Shown here in pieces: positions 13,001 through 23,900 of a DNA stretch of 64,000 bases. Source of the DNA: Macrostomum lignano. Lineage: Eukaryota. How positions within the stretch are numbered: position 1 is the stretch's first letter; each line of letters starts with the position of its first letter. The stretch is from positions 100,967 to 164,966 of the forward strand of contig NIVC01002523.1 in NCBI GenBank assembly GCA_002269645.1. Reading direction: 5' to 3'. A program made the position numbers and the translations under genes. Under the pieces are notes generated by a model, which saw only the letters and a list, made by a program, of their open reading frames with translations, did not search any database and was not told where the DNA came from.

Positions 13001-15834
13001 TCGTCTCCAACCTGACTAGACGGACTATCCAGGTGTTGTCGAGCGCGCCGCATCAGCGGGTTGAACGCTCGGGCTAGGAGGGCTTCGCATAGGTCGCGCA
13101 GACCCTCGGTGACGCGCGAGGTTGTGATAGGCGCGGCGCCGCCTTCAAAATCGCAGCCGCCAGCGCCGGTCGAGCGAGGATCGTCCACTACTAGGCGGCG
13201 ATTTTTTGGCACTTTTCGGCGGGTTTTGTCCTGATCGCAGGACCAGTCCCGCAGCTGGTTGAGGTCCCGGTGGAACACCACGGGCCGGCCGGCCACGCCC
13301 GTGACCCCAGTTAGCTGGTAGGTGCCGCCGAATCTGCAGAGGCAGTGGGCATTGAGGCTATTTGAAAAGTTGGCTACTTGACAATCAAGTTACTTGACAA
13401 CCAGGCTAATTGACAACCTGGCTACTTGAAAACCAGACTATTGGCTACCTGGCTACTTGACAACCAGGCTACCTGACAACCTGGCTACTTGACAACCAGG
13501 CTACTTGACAACCTGGCTATTGGCTACCTGGCTACTTGACAACCTGGCTAATTGGCAACCCGGCTATTGGCTATCTGGCTACTTGACAACCAGACTATTG
13601 GCTACCTGGCTACTTGACAACCAGACTATTGGCTACCTGGCTACTTGACAACCTGGCTACTTGACAACCTGGCTACTTGACAACCTGGCTACTTGACAAC
13701 CTGGCTACTTGAAAACCCGGCTATTGGCTACCTGGCTACTTGACAATCAGTCTACTAACTGCCTGGCTATTAACTACCTGGCTACTAGCTACATGGCTAT
13801 TAGCTACCTGGATATTGGCTCACCTGTCTATAAACTACCTAATGCTCTAATTAGCTACCTGGCTGCTTACGACTACTGGAGGCTTAACTTTGTCCATCGG
13901 CAAGCAAAATTCAACGCGACTTGAAGCTTTCTAGTAAATAAATTGTAATAGAGTCATTGTAGGTGCATCAAACGCCCAGTGTAACTGAATAAAAGTATAT
14001 CAGTCTAGGAGTATCTGCACCAATAAGTCAATTGCTCTCTGAGAACGGATAGCACGCACTGCCATTAAATTACATTAGCCTAAATGCGAGCACAAAAATT
14101 CTCAGAATACAAATCTATTAATGTCGGTGTATCAAACGCCTAATAAACTGAATCTAATCAATTCAATCAGCCTAGGAGTATCTACACCTTAAATTTACTC
14201 TCTGAGAACGGATAGCACGCATTGTCATTTAAAAAATATTATTTTTGACTCAAATGCGAGCACAAAATTCTCAGGCCATATATGCCGGACTGAATGCTTT
14301 GCGTATATGTTGGCGTTTACATGAGTAATAAGCGCCCGACTCTTGCATCACGACCCCTGGTTCGATTCTGTGCGCCAGCACAATTCATTTGGGGCCTGTC
14401 GTACGATTCAGACCCGTGAGGGCCAATCCCTAAGGCACAGAGAGTGTACATGCCTGGCTAGAGCAGAAAGTCAGGGCCGCTGTACACCCCGTGTGAGCGT
14501 GTGTATGAGTGCGTGCCTGAGTACAGCATTGGCATGTGCTCAGCGGAATGGTGCAGAATTGCCTCAGCGCTTGTATTGGAACTTGTCTAAGCTGATCTGC
14601 TACGCTCATATTCAATTAGCAAAGTAATGTACAATTTACCTGCCCCTGCCTCGCCCCCTTCGCTCTGTACACTGTACACTGCTTTATCGATCGTCCAGTC
14701 GCCCCAACCCCCTTCTTGACTCACCAATGCTAGCCATCGCTCCGGCGGGCTCTTTACCTTTTTGCGCCTCGTATTCTAATATAACTGGCCGATTTCACAA
14801 TACCGCTGGTTGGGGGGCAAGTCATGTCAGCAATTTTTACACGCATTATATGGTCTGTTATAGGGTAAACAGCAAGAGCTACTATGACTCTATTAAGATT
14901 GTCAGGCGCCTCGTCATCTAATCACTCACCTTCCATGCCTTGTGGACAGGTATCGAAAATTGTCACACCGAGTCTCGGATCGAGCCTCGGCTTTGGCCGC
15001 TCGCTCCAGCGCGGCCGATGCGGACGCAACCGCGGCGCTGCCGCCGGCCAGAGCGGCTGGATTCCTGTGCCGCAGCAGCAGGTGCAAAATCTCCAACAGG
15101 TGCATGCTGTAGTGCTTGCAACCGGCGGAGTTGGCCGCCAAGCCAACCAGGGCCCGCGGCAGGCCGGCGTCCAGCAGGCAGCGAATCAGGCGCTCGTGAC
15201 AGATGCGCGGATCGTCGCGGGCGTCCTGACCGCAATTAACAGCGGCATCGACTCCGCCGGCGTGTAGGACATTGCGCAGTACAACTAGCACCCTTTCGAG
15301 TCCTTCGCGCTCCTCGTCGCCGATATAATCCGAGCCAGCGTCGCGACGATCAACAAAATTATCGATTAATTTAGTGAACTGACGCAGCAGCTCGACGTCG
15401 CAAAAAGCCAGCTTGTAGTCGGCCAGGTGGCTGAGCAAGGCGATGTAGTGCGGCCTGCGTGCCGGGTCAGGGAGCTGGTTCTGGAAGCACAGCAGGGCCG
15501 GCTTGGTCAGGCACACCATCAGTCGGAGTGTCCGGTCTAGAACGTCGGTCTCGTCAGCGTAGCGCTTCACTAGGGGCAGCAGGTCGCGCTGCAGCAAACG
15601 CAGCCTGGCCAGCTCGCGCCGCATATCGCAGGTGTCATCTTCGCGACGGAGGCAGCGGAGAATGTCGCGCAGAGTCTCGGCGCAGTCTGGCTCGCGAATG
15701 TACACACCGGATTCGTCCGGGAAGCCGAGAGAGTTGCAGAATACGTGCAGATCGGCGAAGCGCTGATTAGTGGACGGCTGCGGCTCCGACTGCTGCTGAC
15801 TAGGCTGGGACCGCTGCGACTGCGATGAAGCCAT
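10057..15834 (-). CDS. TIMELESS: TIMELESS (replication-fork protection, Tim/Timeout type), 2 exons 15834-14930 and 13333-10057, about 1393 aa
   Basis: N-terminal TIMELESS domain (YIREPDCAETLRDILRCLRREDDTCDMRREL). The junction restores the conserved RHGRFGGTY. Myb-like segment WTENLDAELRCLY and C-terminal PARP-binding-like segment (GLQPPA...FWRCPA) are present. Confidence 0.93.
13355..13870. repeat. Degenerate minisatellite (GGCTACTTGACAACCT / GGCTATT units) in TIMELESS intron
   Basis: Tandem 16-bp and 7-10-bp subunits. Confidence 0.9.
13955..14105 (-). ncRNA. Box H/ACA guide RNA (snoRNA/scaRNA-like), copy 1, in TIMELESS intron
   Basis: Hairpin (CUGAGAA/UUCUCAG), H box AGAGCA, second hairpin (GGUGCA/UGCACC), ACA 3 nt from the end; 151 nt; sense to the host gene. 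Confidence 0.85.
14119..14274 (-). ncRNA. Box H/ACA guide RNA, copy 2, in TIMELESS intron, 13 nt from copy 1
   Basis: H box AGAGUA, ACA at 14124-14122; compensatory stem changes relative to the other copies; 3'-hairpin pockets invariant. Confidence 0.85.
14310..14575 (+). mobile_element. tRNA-derived SINE family B copy
   Basis: B box GGTTCGATTC followed by the body shared with other copies, ending CAGCGGAATGG-GCAGAATTGCC. Confidence 0.7.
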
Positions 15835-16060
15835 GATGAATGCAGTCAGCCCGGTTGCAGCGGGTGATGGGGAGAAATGCTTGGCTAACGACTGTCTCAG
15901 TACACTACTTTGAACTGCCTGAATATTGTCTACCTGGCCTTGTGTTTATTCAATTTTAATTAGCAATTTTGCCTCAGACAGTGACTTAGCATCTGCCATC
16001 TACCATACTTGATGATACACAGTGTTAAAGATCTTAGAGATTTAGTACATTGTATATTGT

Positions 16061-16211
16061 GATTGTAGGTGCATCAAACGCCCAGTACACTGAATATTGC
16101 AATGCTCAGCCTAGGAGTATCTACACCCTAAATGAGTTGATTGCTCTCTGAGAACGGATAGCACGCACTGTCATTATAGATTAACACAAGTGCGAGCACA
16201 ATAATTCTCAG
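16061..16211 (-). ncRNA. Box H/ACA guide RNA, copy 3, upstream of TIMELESS ATG
   Basis: Same architecture: H box AGAGCA, ACA at 16066-16064, 14 nt from the 3' pocket to ACA. Confidence 0.82.
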
Positions 16212-16254
16212 TTGTCGTAATACAGTGTGTGCTGTATTAGTACTGTCTACACTA

Positions 16255-16665
16255 TGTAAACTACCTGAAGATTGTCTACCTGGAACTTCACTACCTGAAT
16301 ACTGTCTGCCTGGCGTTTCACTACCTGAATATTGTCTACCTGGCGTTTCACTACCTGAATATTGTCTACGTGGTTTTTCACTACCTGAATATTGTCTACC
16401 TGGCGTTTCACTACCTGAATATTGTCTACGTGGTGTTTCACTACCTGAATATTGTCTACCTGGCGTTTCACTACCTGAATATTGTCTACCTGGCGTTTCA
16501 CTACCTGAACATTGTCTACTTGGCTTTTCACTACCTGAATATTGTCTACTTGGCTTTTCACTACCTGAATATTGTCTACCTGGAAGTTCACTACCTGAAT
16601 ATTGTCTACTTGGCTTTTCACTACCTGAATATTGTTTACCTGGAAGTTCACTACCTGAGTATTGT
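16255..16665. repeat. Minisatellite, 30-bp unit TCACTACCTGAATATTGTCTACCTGGCGTT
   Basis: About 13 copies; source of spurious ORFs 16128-16780. Confidence 0.95.
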
Positions 16666-16772
16666 CTACTTTTGTTTCGTTTATTCAATTTCAATTAGTA
16701 ATTTTGTTTCACGGTTTCTAGACAGTGACTTAACATCTACCGGTACTGTACTTAATGGTAAAAAAGTGTATT

Positions 16773-16923
16773 TATTGTAGGTGCATCAAACGCCCAGTAC
16801 ACTGAATATTGCAATGCTCAGCCTAGGAGTATCTACACCCTAAATGAGTTGATTGCTCTCTGAGAACGGATAGCACGCACTGTCATTATAGATTAACACA
16901 AGTGCGAGCACAATAATTCTCAG
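16773..16923 (-). ncRNA. Box H/ACA guide RNA, copy 4
   Basis: Essentially identical to copy 3. Confidence 0.82.
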
Positions 16924-17146
16924 TTGTCGTAATACAGTGTGTGCTGTATTAGTACTGTCTACACTATGTAAACTACCTGAAGATTGTATACCTGGAACTT
17001 CACTACCTGAATACTGTCTACCTGTTCACTACCGAGTGTTGTCTACTTTTGTTTCGTTTATTCAAATTTCAATTAGTAATTTTGTTTCACGGTTTCTAGA
17101 CAGTGACTTAACATCTACCGGTACTGTACTTAATGGTAAAAAAGTG

Positions 17147-17297
17147 TATTGTAGGTGCATCAAACGCCCAGTACACTGAATATGTCAATGCTCAGCCTAG
17201 GAGTATCTACACCCTACATGAGTTGATTGCTCTCTGAGAACGGATAGCACGCACTGTCATTAAGAATTAACACAAGTGCGAGCACAATAATTCTCAG
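17147..17297 (-). ncRNA. Box H/ACA guide RNA, copy 5
   Basis: Near-identical to copies 3 and 4; changes fall in loop, hinge and upper-stem positions. Confidence 0.82.
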
Positions 17298-18476
17298 TTC
17301 TCATATAACATGCTAACAGTGGCCGACTACATTACTATACACAACAATACAATAAAAATATTGACCCTGACAGGAGTGAAAGTAAAAACGGTGTCATTAT
17401 AATAGTATATTTACAAAAGCAGAATATATATATTGGATAAATAATAGCAACAGCCAGGGACTTACAGACAGGAAGCGCGAGAAAAATAGAATTGTCCGAT
17501 AATGATTACTAATCATAATTAATACAATAAAAACAATTAAAATGGTCGAAAAAAGGATTACTATAGTAAACATAAAAGACTGAATAAGGAAAAATAACCC
17601 AGAGTTTAACTGGTTGTTAAGAAATTTATGAAAGAAGCAGATTGGAAGACGGCAACAAATTAAAAGGCACTTCTACCTAGACCAGTGCTTAGTATAGTGT
17701 TGGCAGGTGTTAGTTGATGATAAAAAACTGCATAAGTTTGGTCATTTTAGCCGTGTGATAGCAGATTGTTACAGGGAAGAATAGCTCGTATCTACAGGAA
17801 GATTTATAAGCAGCTGGTAATAACGTCTGCTACTGACAGTAGTGTGCATAGCCTGCTAAAAACTAGCTTTTCAAATAATGTAATACATTTAGGGCCTTAT
17901 ATAGATCCGAATTGTTGCTTTAAATTGCGATAATAATGGCACAATAAATAAAAGAGAAGCTGTTCAGTATTATGATAGAAACTTCTCTGGGTTGAAGCAC
18001 AATAATTCTTTGTTGCTGCGCATAATTAAGAAACATACATAAATATAGACCTGCGGAATTTAGATAAACCTTGGTCAGCCCAATCACTTTAGCTTATTTT
18101 TTTTACATCTGGCTCTAGGCGACTCTAAAATGATGAGATGTCACAGTCAGTACAAGTCGCCTAAGAGCCAATTTGAGGCGTTTCATTTTCTGCGACTTTG
18201 AATCAACTCTGGGGTCACTTTATAAACTAGAATCGCATTTCGCATCTATAACAACTCTATCTAGTCTACTTGAGTAATTCGAAACATAAGCGCTAAAACA
18301 CCGACTTTAAGATTCTGCAACTCCCGCTTATGTTGCGCGATTTAGTCGCTAAAATTACTAGTGCGTTGTTTGCAATGAATCTTTAGCTGTGAAAGTTTAA
18401 TATTCTGGCTCACAGAAGTAGTTGTCAAGATTTTCTGGGGCTTAGACAACGCATACAGAGATAAGACAGCAGATTA

Positions 18477-18872
18477 TCAGGCAGGCTTCGACTGGAACAC
18501 TCCAGCCGAAGCCAATATGGACACAATAATAATGATAATAATAACGGCAACCACAACAGCCAGAATAATCTTCATTTTGGTATTCTGCCACCACATTTTC
18601 CGTTGCACCCGAGTTGTAGTCCGGCTGTACTGCACAGCGGACTCCTGCAGCGCCTCGGTCCGGTCCACCAGCTTGTTGATGTTGCCATCCCGTTCGATAA
18701 TCCTGTTCATGTTGTCCCGCATCACGTCGGACACTTCGCCGACTGTCTGCTGCATTTGCTGCAGCCGGATATCGTCTGGATGCTGCGGCTGCGGCTGCGG
18801 CTGATCAGCGCCGCCACCGCCTCCGTCACCGCCTCCGCCTCCGCCGCCGTAGTTGTACCTTGACGAACTCAT
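18477..18872 (-). CDS. Synaptobrevin/VAMP-family R-SNARE, intronless, 131 aa (ATG at 18872)
   Basis: SNARE motif QQTVGEVSDVMRDNMNRIIERDGNINKLVDRTEALQ, then RKMWWQNTKMK and a C-terminal transmembrane helix. Confidence 0.92.
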   Translation of the reverse strand: MSSSRYNYGGGGGGGDGGGGGADQPQPQPQHPDDIRLQQMQQTVGEVSDVMRDNMNRIIERDGNINKLVDRTEALQESAVQYSRTTTRVQRKMWWQNTKMKIILAVVVAVIIIIIIVSILASAGVFQSKPA

Positions 18873-19697
18873 AGTGCATGAAAATAATAATTGGCCTGTT
18901 AGAATTAAATAACACATTCATATAATCTGTAGAACAAAATACAGCCTACTTGTCTACTAATTTTCAGTAGTAAACATGCGTTTAAAGCTCGTTTACCCTT
19001 ATTTGCTGCATCTGAAAAAAACCTATGCTTCTTTTTTCGTTTGAAAATACCTAAAAACGCTTATATTACTAATACTACTGTTAAGTGTAGAAGGAAAAAA
19101 TATCTATTAAGATTTTTTAGACCTGTTGACTGGACCAGGAAGCGGGCTTGCTGTACTAAAATGTGCTACAATAATAGTTATAAAAAATGTATCTTATCTA
19201 AAGCAGGAATTTTCAATCAAAATGCCTAAACTACTACTACAAGTAGCTAAATAAAAATCAATTAAAATAACTAGCAATCCCTGTAGAAAAAAATGAAAAG
19301 AAACAAGACAGCAAGACAAGCAAATAAGTGCAGGATAATACTCTGTCATTTCCATACAGAAAATATACTCGCATAATCTTATAAGATTTTAATCTTGGCA
19401 ACCAATACAAAATGCACGCAACGACTCATTTAATTGAAATCACGAGCGAATGCAGTTTAGGCGAGGCACAGAGCAGCTTGCCCTTTTAAGCTGGTAATCT
19501 TCCAGTCACTCAAACGAAGCGATACGGCAACCAAAACATTCTTCGGACAATGGGATCAAAGGAAACAACGGCAGGGAACAGTGGCATTTAAATTGCAAGG
19601 AGTTGTGGCTAAAATTACAGCTCATCTGTACACTCCTATCGCTCACAATAAATACAGTACTTCTTGTAGTACCCACTAAATAGGCCACTCAGTTACA

Positions 19698-20454
19698 CGA
19701 GGGGTGTCGCATGACTGTTTTTAACAGTCAGCAAGAGTAACAGCAACTGATCCATTTCATAGCGGCTTTACTTACTAATGACAGTGAAAAATTGTGAAAA
19801 TATCAAGAACTTTTCAAAAGTTATAACTCTTTACTTGCAGTGGGGTACTGCATCTCAATACATGAACAGGAACTTGGATGCTGCATATGGAGCCCCAGGA
19901 AACAGTAAGTCAGTTGTCTTTCAAAAAAGTTCCAATGTCTTCCTTAGTGGCAACTGAGACCTCAATATAGGCACCCTTCAGTTGGATTGCATTTCCTTCA
20001 CCGGGAAAGCATGTCTTCAATGGCATCTGCGTACGCCTGTCTTGGCATTTCGTGGACAACAAGAACCTGTCGCACTTCCTGCTCAAGGCTGACACTATTA
20101 GCATGAACTCTGCCCCTCAGATTCAGAGTGCCACACAAGCAGAAGCAAATGAAACTTGTACCATAGATATAGAAAGTGATGACATGGCACATGCTAGAGA
20201 TGTTTCGCACAATGTCGAATTTGGTTAATTTCTGTGAGAGTTAAAATTGTAGTCCAGTTCAGTTCTTGTTCATTGAGATGAAGTACTCCACTGCAGTTAA
20301 GGAGACTTAACTCTTGAAAAGTTCATGATATCTTCAAAATTATTTTACTGGGTCATTAGTAAGTAAAGCCGCTATGAAACAAATCAGTTTATGTTACTCT
20401 TGCTGACTGTTAAAATAATGTGAAAAAGTCCTAAGACTTTTTGGACACCCCTCA
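19698..20454. mobile_element. Internally deleted/degenerate mariner-like DNA transposon
   Basis: Inverted arms of about 85-100 bp beginning YGAGGGGTGTC (19698-19782 vs 20351-20454); TA at the right end, CA at the left; no intact transposase. Confidence 0.65.
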
Positions 20455-20999
20455 TATTTATGCAGTTAATGACTACTTTCTAAATCTGTTGTGTTAGAGA
20501 TGTATCGAGTCTAAGAAAAAAATGCTATTTTTAGAATCCAGATGCTAAATTTAGATTTAGTTTCTTCCATAGATTCTGAACTACTATCTATGGCAATAAC
20601 GTACTTTTGTCTCCGATATTAAACAAATTGGATGACAATAAGCATCCACGACATGGATGAAGTTCATTGGCTGCTGCAATTTAATAATAGTCCCCCTAAG
20701 TTCTTAATGGCTGAAGCTTCTACTTAGGGGAAATTCTAATTTCTTTCCCTCAAGACCGTCGTGGCACAGAGGAAGAAAGCAGTTAAAGATGTCTAACGTT
20801 AATCGTAACTTTGGAATTTTCCCCGCGTACAAGCTTCAGCCAGTAAGAACTTAGGTGGGGGGTATCCCAATTTTTAGGAAGCATTGGCCATAGACTCGCT
20901 TTCAGATGAGCGATCCTTTCTATTCCTTCATCCATGATCCACGAAGAATAGATAAGAATTCAGCTAAGAGTCCAAATATTGAAGGCTATAATTAATAGT

Positions 21000-23900
21000 T
21001 CACTTCTTCCTGCTTCTAGTCCGCTGTTTATCAGCGTGTTGAACAATCTGCTGCCTAACTGGCATGCCTTTGCGCCGTCTCACTTCCATCAGATAATTGA
21101 CAATCCGCATTCGTTCGTCGCGCAGGTCGTCGTCTTCGCGGGGCAGCATCAGCGGATCCCAGTCGCACAGGGCCCAGTGACTGAAGCGAAGCTGCGCCCC
21201 GGCGAAACCCGAAGTTCGTTTGCGTAGCTCATCTGCTAGGCCGAAGCTTTCAATAACTGGCATGTGACCGCGGAGTACAAACATGTTAGTGCCTTCTCGC
21301 AGGTCCTCCGACACAATGCGGCCCTGATGCTTGGCTAGGACTGCGTGTACTTTGCCTAATACCTGCGGGTATTAGCGCGAGATTGTGCAGCTAATTTAGT
21401 CTATGCTAGTTTTATAATGTACAGGTGGTACTTTGCACTCGATTCTTATGATTCTCTACATGTAGTGGTTTTTGTGCGTATTGACCAAAAACCATATATA
21501 AGATCTATGGTATTGACCCCCCCCCCTACCAACCCATCAGTGATTAGCTACCCCCCCTCGCCAATCCATCAATAGTTAGCTACCCCCCATCCATCAATAG
21601 TTAGCTACCCCCCCAATCCATCAATAGTTAGCTACCCCCCCCATCCATCAATAGTTAGCTACCCCCCCCCAATCCATCAATAGTTAGCTACCCCCCCCAA
21701 TCCATCAATAGTTAGCTACCCTCCAATCCATCAATAGTTAGCTACCCCCCATCCATCAATAGTTAGCTACCCCCCCATCCATCAATAGTTAGCTACCCCC
21801 CCAATCCATCAATAGTTAGCTACCCCCCCCAATCCATCAAAAGTTAGCTACCCCCAATCCATCAATAGTTAGCTACCCCCCCCAATCCATCAAAAGTTAG
21901 CTACCCCCCCAATCCATCAATAGTTAGCTACCCCCCCCCCAATCCATCAATAGTTAGCTACTCCCCAATCCATCAATAGTTAGCTACTCCCCAATCCATC
22001 AATAGTTAGCTACCCCCCAATCCATCAATAGTTAGCTACCCCCCCCCCAATCCATCAATAGTTAGCTACCCTCCAATCCATCAATAGTTAGCTACCCTCC
22101 AATCCATCAATAGTTAGCTACCCCCATCAATCAATAGTTAGCTACCCCCATCAATCAATAGTTAGCTATCCCCATCAATCAATAGTTAGCTACCCCCCCC
22201 AATCCATCAATAGTTAGCTACCCCCATCAATCAATAGTTAGCTACCCCCCCAATCCATCAATAGTTAGCTACCCCCCCCCAATCCATCAATAGTTAGCTA
22301 CTCCCCCCAATCCATCAATAGTTAGCTACCCCCCCCAATCCATCAATAGTTAGCTATCCCCCCCAATCCATCAATAGTAAGCTACCCCCCCCAATCCATC
22401 AATAGTTAGCTACCCCCCCCCAATCCATCAATAGTTAGCTATCCCCCAATCCATCAATAGTTAGCTACCCCCCTCGCCAATCCATCAATAGTTAGCTACC
22501 CCCCCATCCATCAATAGTTAGCTACCCCCCAATCCATCAATAGTTAGCTACCCCCCATCCATCAATAGTTAGCTACCCCCCCCAATCCATCAATAGTTAG
22601 CTACCCCCCCAATCCATCAATAGTTAGCAACCCCTCATCCATCAAAAGTTAACTACCCCCATCCATCAATAGTTAGCTACCCCCCCAATCCATCAATAGT
22701 TAGCTACCCCCCCAATCCATCAATAGTTAGCAACCCCTCATCCATCAAAAGTTAGCTACCCCCATCAATCAATAGTTAGCTACCCCCCCCAATCCATCAA
22801 TAGTTAGCTACCCCCCCCCCCAATCCATCAGTGGTTACATCAGCCGGTTGAAAGCCTACGAGTACATCCTACAGCCCTAGATAGGTAAATTCATTACCTC
22901 GCTGCGGCACTGCACATCAACGGTGAACGCGGCCAGCATGAGCCGCCTATTGGCGTGGCACAGGAACGCTTTGCCGAACGTCTTGCTCGCGTGGCTCATC
23001 AGCTGACCGGCTGACACCGTCAGCTCCGGGTAGCGCTCGTCTCCAGCTGTTGAAACTTCGCAAACGTCCAATAGAACGAAGGCGACGCCGCGTAGAGGCT
23101 CTCGACAAAGCGGACCTTGTTGACAAGTCCATTGGAAGCCGTTAATTATCGCCTGCCACAGGTGCGAGGAAACAGCCGATGCAGGAGTACTATTAGTAGT
23201 ATTAGTAGGCAGCAATGGCGCGGCCAGGGTACCGTCGGGCAGTCTGGCGGACGGGCCAAGCAGCAGCAGGTTGCAGGGATCGCGGCGGGGCCCGGCAGCC
23301 AAGACGGAACAGTCGGCAAGTCTGCCAAGTTCAACAGAAGCGGCGGCGGCATCAGAAGTGGCGGCTGAATCTAAGGCTAGGAGTTCGCTACGAAGGCCGT
23401 CGCGCAGGGCTAGAAGCGCGGTGTCAGCGGCGCCGGCAGCAGTGGGACGCCTGCGAAGCGCATCGGCGTGGTTCTCCAGCAGGCGAATGGCGCCAGCCGA
23501 CAGAGGAACGGCGCGGACAGTCAGCGCCAGATGTCGGTCGGCGTCGCGAGCCTGCATTCGACAGCAGACGAGGCCCCGACAGGCGTCTAGCACCTCTGGA
23601 TCGTCTTTGCCGCCAGATTCGCCGATGTCCAGCTGGCTGAGCAGCTCTTCCGGCGGCGCTTCGTCCGCGTCGTCTGTGTCAGCATCGGGATCGTCGGCGG
23701 CTGCGGCGGCGGCTTCAGCCAAAGCCTCGTCCGTAGCTAATGTCTCACGGAACGGCACCACGATAGGAGAGGTGGTGAATTCCACCTGGACGACGATAGC
23801 AAATTGCGGAGTATGGAGTATTATTAAATCTATTTTTTGCTACAATGGTAAAATGTTTCATTGAATTAAATCGTCAATATAGAACACTTCCACACAAGCA

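Noticed and set aside
10080-13077. Many overlapping ORFs across TIMELESS exon 2 (similarly over EFL1, NFU1, bHLH and ENaC exons)
   Set aside because: Expected from GC-rich codon usage; no recognisable domains.
14040-14105. 18S rRNA (GGAUAACUGUGGUAAUU), U1 or U6 as the target of the 5' H/ACA pocket
   Set aside because: Pairings need many wobbles or leave no unpaired U at the canonical position.
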